Part shown: piece by piece, positions 49,002-55,015 of the stretch
How positions within the stretch are numbered: position 1 is the first letter of the stretch
Layout: each line of letters opens with the position of its first letter
Virus record (IMG/VR): IMGVR_UViG_3300046411_000570
Span: 1 to 55,015 of that record
Length of the DNA: 55,015 bases
Source of the DNA: a virus
Lineage: Duplodnaviria; Caudoviricetes
Strand: one strand, 5' to 3'
Made by a program: the position numbers and the translations under genes
The notes under the pieces: model-generated
What the model saw: only the letters and a program-made list of their open reading frames with translations
Databases searched by the model: none
Told to the model about the DNA's origin: nothing

Positions 49002-50717
49002 ATGATATTATTTAAAAGACTATCTTATAAAAACTTTTTATCAACTGGTAATCAACCAATAGTGGTTAACCTTGATATGTCACAAACTACATTAATTGTA
49101 GGTACAAATGGTAGTGGTAAATCAACACTACTAGACGCATTATGTTTTGTATTATTTAATAGACCATTTAGAATTATTAAGAAAGAACAAATGGTCAATA
49201 CTATTAATAATGCTGATTGTATTGTAGAGGTTGACTTTGAAGTAGGTACCAAAAAATTTAAAGTAAGAAGAGGTATTAAACCAAATCTATTTGAGATATT
49301 TTGTGATGGCAAAAAATTAAATCAAGACGCCAACAATATTGATTATCAAAAGTACCTAGAACAAAATATTATGAAACTTAATTATAGGTCTTTCATACAG
49401 GTTGTTTTATTAGGTTCTTCCTCATACGAGCCGTTTATGAAGATGAAACCGAGATATAGAAGAGAAGTTGTTGAAGAGATACTTGATATTAGAGTTTTTG
49501 GCCTTATGGACCTAATTTTGCGTTCCCAACAGAGTGATTTACAAAAAAAGTTGACGGAGGTGAGGCACCAAGCGGAGTTAATAAAGACCAAGTACGAAAC
49601 TGAAGCAAAGTATCTAACCACTCTGGAAACCAAAGGTAGCGACAACCAGAAGGTAGCGCTAGATAGACTAGAAGAAAATAACAAAAATAAACAAAATTAT
49701 GAAACAAAACTACAAAAACTAAATGAAGAGATAGCTGTTAGTCAAAATGAACTAAATGGTCAAGATGAAGCTGATAATAAACTTAAACAACTGAATAAAC
49801 TAGAAACAAAAATAGAATCTAATTTAGAAACTCATAAAAAAACATTGTCATTTTTTAAAGAGAATGATAATTGTCCTGTATGCACACAACAAATAGATGA
49901 GGAGTTTAAAGGTAAAAAATGCGAAGAAGAACACGGTACAATTTCCAAGCTAGAGACAGGTCTAGTCCAGCTCGTAGAAGAAATATCAAAACAAGAACAA
50001 AAAGTATCAGCCTTCTCCAAGGTTACAAACAAAATATCAGATATGAAACTGGACTTGGCGAAAATTACCTCGTCATTAGAACAGATAAAGAATCAGAGTG
50101 ACCAGATACAAAGAGATATTAGTAGAGTAAGTGAAAAAGATGTTGATATAGAAAGCATAGAACTTGAACTAGAAAAGATGAGACTTGATTTAAAAGAAGC
50201 TGAATTGCAATTAGATAAAGTAAATGAAGAAAAAGGCTATGTAGATATATTAAGAGAAATACTTAATGACAAAGGTGCTAAAGCACAAATCATACGTAAG
50301 TATGTACCTATTATGAATAGTCTTATTAATAAATATTTACAGGCAATGGACTTCTATATTTCATTTAACCTAGACGAAGAGTTTAATGAAACCGTTAAAT
50401 CAAGATTTAGAGATACCTTTAACTATAATAACTTTAGTGAGGGTGAGAAAATGAGAATAGACCTTGCTTTACTATTTACTTGGCGAGATATTGCAAGAAT
50501 GAAGAATAGTACAAATACCAATCTATTAATACTAGATGAAATATTTGATTCATCATTAGACGGCCAAGGTACAGATGACTTCTTTAAAATCATTAAAACT
50601 TTAGAGAAAGAAAACATCTTTATTATATCACACAAAGGTGACATACTATTTGATAAATTTACAAACATAATAAAGTATGAAAAGGTACAAAACTTTACAC
50701 AACTAGGAACAATATGA
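49002..50717 (+). CDS. gp46: Recombination ATPase subunit gp46 (Rad50/SbcC-like)
   Basis: GTNGSGKST, CPVC zinc hook, FSEGE, LILDE. Confidence 0.96.
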   Translation: MILFKRLSYKNFLSTGNQPIVVNLDMSQTTLIVGTNGSGKSTLLDALCFVLFNRPFRIIKKEQMVNTINNADCIVEVDFEVGTKKFKVRRGIKPNLFEIFCDGKKLNQDANNIDYQKYLEQNIMKLNYRSFIQVVLLGSSSYEPFMKMKPRYRREVVEEILDIRVFGLMDLILRSQQSDLQKKLTEVRHQAELIKTKYETEAKYLTTLETKGSDNQKVALDRLEENNKNKQNYETKLQKLNEEIAVSQNELNGQDEADNKLKQLNKLETKIESNLETHKKTLSFFKENDNCPVCTQQIDEEFKGKKCEEEHGTISKLETGLVQLVEEISKQEQKVSAFSKVTNKISDMKLDLAKITSSLEQIKNQSDQIQRDISRVSEKDVDIESIELELEKMRLDLKEAELQLDKVNEEKGYVDILREILNDKGAKAQIIRKYVPIMNSLINKYLQAMDFYISFNLDEEFNETVKSRFRDTFNYNNFSEGEKMRIDLALLFTWRDIARMKNSTNTNLLILDEIFDSSLDGQGTDDFFKIIKTLEKENIFIISHKGDILFDKFTNIIKYEKVQNFTQLGTI

Positions 50718-51286
50718 CAGATAAAAAAATAAAAGAACTATCATTGGTGCCTTCAAATGACGCCAGAGTATTATCAGCAATAGCACCATTTACAGACGAT
50801 ATGTTAAAAGAATCAAGTGACGGATTTAAGACAAGAGCTGACGTTTCCAAATCAATGTTTATGTGTATGAAAAAATATGGTGGTATAGGTCTTACTTGTA
50901 ATCAAGCAGGTCTACCATTTAGAATGTTTGTAATGGGTAATCATTTATCATTAAACAATGGTGAAAAATATGCTTGTTGGAATCCTAAAATAAAATCTAC
51001 ATCAAAAGATGAAATATTAATGTCTGAAGGTTGTTTAACTTTTCCTTATTTGTTTTTAAATATATCAAGACCAAAAAAAGTAATAGTAGAATTTGAAGAT
51101 GATGACGGTAAATCGGTTGAAAAAGAATTTGATGGTATGTTCTCACGAATCTATCAACACGAATTTGACCATACATTAGGTCTTACATTTGTAGAAAAAG
51201 TATCAAAACTGAAGTTTGATATGGCCAAGAAGAAGGCTGAAAAGTTATATAAACGTGACCTACAAAGAGCGGAACTTCAGGCTTGA
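50714..51286 (+). CDS. def: Peptide deformylase
   Basis: GIGLTCNQAG, EGCLT, QHEFDH. Confidence 0.93.
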   Translation: MTDKKIKELSLVPSNDARVLSAIAPFTDDMLKESSDGFKTRADVSKSMFMCMKKYGGIGLTCNQAGLPFRMFVMGNHLSLNNGEKYACWNPKIKSTSKDEILMSEGCLTFPYLFLNISRPKKVIVEFEDDDGKSVEKEFDGMFSRIYQHEFDHTLGLTFVEKVSKLKFDMAKKKAEKLYKRDLQRAELQA

Positions 51287-51311
51287 CAATCTTAAAAAAC
51301 TAGTATAGGAT
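51283..51311 (+). promoter_or_regulatory. Sigma70-type promoter
   Basis: TTGACA-17 bp-TAGGAT. Confidence 0.78.
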
Positions 51312-51320
51312 GTTTATATT

Positions 51321-52619
51321 ATGGCTTATTCGTGGAAGAAAGGTATGTCTATTGACGACCAATGGCAAAGTTGGCAAGAACACAATCCATTAGACAAAAT
51401 ACCTGATATAGATACAGATACATTAAAAGAAACAATCATTAAAGATTTATCTTATGTATCTCAAATGGATGTAAAAGAATATACTTTATATCAAAAATGG
51501 TGTGAAGTACACGACAAATATCCTACTGAAGAAGTCAATAGTTTCTTTGACGATAAACCAGCATTAAAGAATCCTGACCAAGGTGCATTATTACAAGAGA
51601 TTAAAAACAATTTCTGGTTGCCTGAAGACCAAGAAGAATATTTAAATTTAGAACCTGAACTATTGTGGACAGATGGTGATTCTGTTAAATCTATTACTGG
51701 TGCAAATATGCCTGCCATTTGGAATGGTATGAGAACGTTTTTATCAACTATGAAAAACAATAGTAATATTGGTAGAAACCTAAACTTTTTAATCAGAGAT
51801 AAAGTATCAAAAAAACTATTAGGTGTTACCTGTATGTCCTCTGATTTTTTAGACCTTACACCTAGAGACAATTATATTGGTTGGGAACGTGAGGCCAAGA
51901 CGCAAAGAATGATTAATCATACTTGTATCGGGTCTACAATTGTACCAATTCAGCCTTTAGGGTATAACCTGGTAGGTGGCAAACTACTGGCACTTTTATG
52001 CCTATCTGATACGGTTGAAAAAACCTGGGAATACCAATACAAAGATAAACTAGTAGGGGTAACCACAACAAGTCTATATGGTAAGACAAAAACCATACCA
52101 TTATCACAATACGATAGACTTAAAAACTGGAAGAAAATGGGTTGGACTGCTGGTAGTGTATCATATGAACCACTAAAACCAACTAGAATGATGATACAAA
52201 ACTGGTTAAAGAAACAACATACTTACAAATACTTTGAATGGTATGTTGCAAAGAAAGACACAGGTCAACCACATAAAAGAGACCATAGAAATAGAAGTCA
52301 TACATTTACATATAACAAACTAGGTATAGATAAGAAGTTAATCAAATCTGAACACGCTAGAGGTATATACTTTGGTGAATTATATGAGAATACAAAAGAA
52401 TTTTTAAGAGAAGAGATAAAAGAAGACAAATTGGTCAGAAAATTTGATAATTCAGTAGAAGCATTAACTGATTTATGGAAGAATAAGTATGCTAAGAAAA
52501 GACTGGCTAGTTTAAAAAAACAAGACAGAGTATCTAAAGAGACCCATTTCTATGATGATATTATCTATATGAATTGGGAAGAATGTAAATCCAAATACTT
52601 AAATGACGTAGGGAGATAA
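51321..52619 (+). CDS. DUF4338 / Druantia DruA-like protein
   Basis: GRNLNFLIRD, RDNYIGW, GGKLLALL, TTTSLYG..SQYDRL, GWTAG recalled as DUF4338 motifs. Confidence 0.7.
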   Translation: MAYSWKKGMSIDDQWQSWQEHNPLDKIPDIDTDTLKETIIKDLSYVSQMDVKEYTLYQKWCEVHDKYPTEEVNSFFDDKPALKNPDQGALLQEIKNNFWLPEDQEEYLNLEPELLWTDGDSVKSITGANMPAIWNGMRTFLSTMKNNSNIGRNLNFLIRDKVSKKLLGVTCMSSDFLDLTPRDNYIGWEREAKTQRMINHTCIGSTIVPIQPLGYNLVGGKLLALLCLSDTVEKTWEYQYKDKLVGVTTTSLYGKTKTIPLSQYDRLKNWKKMGWTAGSVSYEPLKPTRMMIQNWLKKQHTYKYFEWYVAKKDTGQPHKRDHRNRSHTFTYNKLGIDKKLIKSEHARGIYFGELYENTKEFLREEIKEDKLVRKFDNSVEALTDLWKNKYAKKRLASLKKQDRVSKETHFYDDIIYMNWEECKSKYLNDVGR

Positions 52620-52622
52620 CCA

Positions 52623-53012
52623 ATGGAAGGTCAATTGGAAAAAGAATTCGGTACTAGAACAAATGAGACACATAAATACAAAAGAGTAAGCGACCTAGAT
52701 ATGTACCAAAAGGTTGCAAAAACAACGGCAATATATCCGAGAGAACAGGCCATTATCTATCCAACATTAGGACTGACCGGTGAAGCAGGAGAAGTAGCTA
52801 ACAAGGTTAAAAAACTAATAAGAGACGGATATGAGAACAATAAGGATTATCGTGAAGCGTTATCCAAAGAGATTGGCGATTGCCTTTGGTATATCAGTAT
52901 ATTGGCTGACGATATTGGCTTTAAGCTTTCCGACATTGCTAACGATAATTTAAACAAATTACTAGACAGAGCGAATCGTGGGAAACTCTCGGGTTCCGGC
53001 GACAACCGGTAG
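52623..53012 (+). CDS. mazG: MazG-like nucleotide pyrophosphohydrolase
   Basis: LGLTGEAGEVANKVKK, EIGDCLWY, GSGDNR. Confidence 0.92.
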   Translation: MEGQLEKEFGTRTNETHKYKRVSDLDMYQKVAKTTAIYPREQAIIYPTLGLTGEAGEVANKVKKLIRDGYENNKDYREALSKEIGDCLWYISILADDIGFKLSDIANDNLNKLLDRANRGKLSGSGDNR

Positions 53013-53089
53013 CGAGAATCAAGCGGAAAAGAACGGAACCAGAACAAATGGTAGTCGGCAATCGTTACCTGGTATAGAAAAAATAACGC

Positions 53090-53118
53090 TTGACATTTGT
53101 GGAAAAGGCCTGTAGGAT
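53090..53118 (+). promoter_or_regulatory. Sigma70-type promoter
   Basis: TTGACA-17 bp-TAGGAT. Confidence 0.78.
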
Positions 53119-53129
53119 GGATCCATAGA

Positions 53130-55015
53130 ATGAAAAAGGACACTAACACTATGATAAATCTTGATGTCAAAGGCAATCTAGCCAAACTAATCGCAACAGA
53201 AAATATTATTGTACAACACAATAAAGTACAGACGGCTTCTTTTGATGTAAAGAATCGTGTGTTAACATTACCTATTTTTAAAGAGCAAAAAGGTGACATA
53301 TATGATATGTTGATTGCTCACGAATGTGCTCACGCCCTTTGGACTCCTTATGAACAATGGGAAGAGATTGCTACAGATAATGAATTAAGAGCATATGTAA
53401 ATGTTCTTGAAGATACTAGAATTGACCACCTTATACAGAAAAAATATCCTGGTGTAGTTAGAAACTATCAAAATGGTTTTGACTTACTAGATAAAAAGAA
53501 TTTCTTTGGTCTTATTGGTAAAGATATCAATAAAGACTTAATGTTAATTGATAAAATTAATATTAGAAGTAAATCTTTAAATAGATTACCATTCATATTT
53601 GCTCCTTTAGAAAAAGAATGGTTGGCTAAAGTTGACGCTTTGAAAACTTTTGATGATGTTGTTGCTTTAGCCAAACAAATGATTGAATGGCAGAAAAAAC
53701 AAATTGAGCAAATGAAAAAGTTGCCTAATTTTGATGACTTATCAATGTCTAAAATTTATGATTTATCAGATGATGAAGATGATTTTAATGATGAATCAGA
53801 TTCTTCAGGTTCAAATGTTGAACAAAATGATGATGACTCTGATGAAAAAAATGATTTCAATAACTTTGGTGACCAAGAAGCTGATGATGAAAAAGATGGT
53901 TCTGGTACTCCTGACAAGTCTGAAAAAACAGATGATAAAAAAGATGATGGTAAAGAAGCTAGTCATTACGGACCTGGTTCAGGCGGTGATTTTGACTCTG
54001 GTAAAATGCTTAAAGCGGTTACACAGGAAGCGTTTGATGATAAAGTCACAGATTTATTAAATGAAAATTCTAAAGGTTACACATATGGTAATATGCCTCA
54101 GCCTAATTTAAAAGACTCTTTAACAACTTACAAACAATTCTTATCAACCTTTGAAAAAATCAAAGCAGAAACTAATTATAGTCCTGCTTATGACCAATGG
54201 TTAGCTGATGAATATAAAAAGTTTCTTAAAGAAAACAAAAAAACGGTTTCATATCTTGTTAAAGAATTTGAAATGAAGAAAGCTGCTACTGCTTATAAAA
54301 GAGCAAGTACAGATAAAACTGGTATTATTGACCCATTAAAATTGCCTTCTTACAAATATTCAGATGATATATTTAAAAGATTGACTATTATACCTGATGG
54401 TAAAAACCACGGTATGATGATGTTGCTTGATTGGTCTGGTTCTATGAGTGATGTATTGAATCAAACTATACACCAATTAATTAACTTGGTAGAGTTTGTA
54501 AGAAGAGTTAATATACCTTTTGAGGTTTACTTCTTTACAAGTGAAAGAAAATATATGAATCAAGATACTGGTTATGATAAATCTTTCATCTATCAAAATG
54601 GTGATTGGAAAATGGAAGACTTTAACCTAGTTAATGTTGCCAGCCATAAGATGACTAAAAAACAATTAGACCAATCTATGATGTATATGTATCATATGGG
54701 TGATTATTATAACGAAAACTATTGTAGAGGTTATAGAGATTATAACTTTAAAAAACCTGATAGTTATTCTATACCTAGAGAATTTAGTCTTGGTAATACA
54801 CCATTAAATGAAGCTTTAATATTTGTAAACAAATTGTTACCAATGTTTAAGAAGAAATATGGTATTGAAAAAATGACCTTGATTACACTTACAGATGGCG
54901 GTGCCAATGGTATGAGAGGTAGAGTACACGGTAGTTTACAAGACTATGATTGGGGTACTACTAAAGTATTTAATATGACCAAGAATAAAAGACTTATGAA
55001 AAAAGACTCTGACCA
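53130..55015 (+). CDS. Metallopeptidase-VWA (CobT-like) protein, truncated at window end
   Basis: Not in ORF track. Manual translation gives HECAH and NVLEDTRI, an acidic linker, then LLDWSGSM, GNTPL and LTDG (MIDAS). Start is 53130 or 53151. Confidence 0.85.
   Translation, partial: MKKDTNTMINLDVKGNLAKLIATENIIVQHNKVQTASFDVKNRVLTLPIFKEQKGDIYDMLIAHECAHALWTPYEQWEEIATDNELRAYVNVLEDTRIDHLIQKKYPGVVRNYQNGFDLLDKKNFFGLIGKDINKDLMLIDKINIRSKSLNRLPFIFAPLEKEWLAKVDALKTFDDVVALAKQMIEWQKKQIEQMKKLPNFDDLSMSKIYDLSDDEDDFNDESDSSGSNVEQNDDDSDEKNDFNNFGDQEADDEKDGSGTPDKSEKTDDKKDDGKEASHYGPGSGGDFDSGKMLKAVTQEAFDDKVTDLLNENSKGYTYGNMPQPNLKDSLTTYKQFLSTFEKIKAETNYSPAYDQWLADEYKKFLKENKKTVSYLVKEFEMKKAATAYKRASTDKTGIIDPLKLPSYKYSDDIFKRLTIIPDGKNHGMMMLLDWSGSMSDVLNQTIHQLINLVEFVRRVNIPFEVYFFTSERKYMNQDTGYDKSFIYQNGDWKMEDFNLVNVASHKMTKKQLDQSMMYMYHMGDYYNENYCRGYRDYNFKKPDSYSIPREFSLGNTPLNEALIFVNKLLPMFKKKYGIEKMTLITLTDGGANGMRGRVHGSLQDYDWGTTKVFNMTKNKRLMKKDSD

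Noticed and set aside
32005-50717. Introns, inteins or homing endonucleases in core genes
   Set aside because: gp17, gp18, gp20, gp23, uvsW and gp46 are uninterrupted and of ordinary length; no such motifs noticed
53731-54060. Met-rich 109-aa ORF
   Set aside because: Frame-shifted reading of GAT-GAT Asp codons in the acidic linker of the real gene

Overview
A 55-kb, AT-rich, densely coding segment of a T4-like marine myophage genome. Gene content (hemO-pcyX, peptide deformylase, no photosynthesis genes) suggests by inference a heterotrophic, probably alphaproteobacterial/SAR11-type host. From left to right: (i) 1-9406, an enzyme island of 15 ORFs (radical SAM, DegT aminotransferase, SGNH-like, 2OG-Fe(II)/TauD oxygenases, fatty-acid desaturase, PLP enzyme, FMN reductase, peroxiredoxin, methyltransferase, GNAT). 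It is transcribed divergently from a perfect 20-bp palindrome that holds two overlapping T4 late promoters and both start codons. (ii) 9431-26730, a fibre/receptor-binding block, including four large proteins with a shared N-terminal module, three of them paralogous RCC1-repeat proteins and one with a nested cupredoxin-like insertion. (iii) An orphan plus heme oxygenase and a PcyX-type bilin reductase. (iv) The T4 core morphogenesis module gp13-gp23, with small inserted ORFs including a ParB-like ORF between the terminase subunits. (v) gp3, uvsY, uvsW, gp55, gp47, gp46, peptide deformylase, a DruA/DUF4338-like gene, MazG and a truncated peptidase-VWA gene. No tRNA, rRNA, CRISPR array, intron or transposon was recognised. 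All product calls come from motif recognition by eye; no database search was run.
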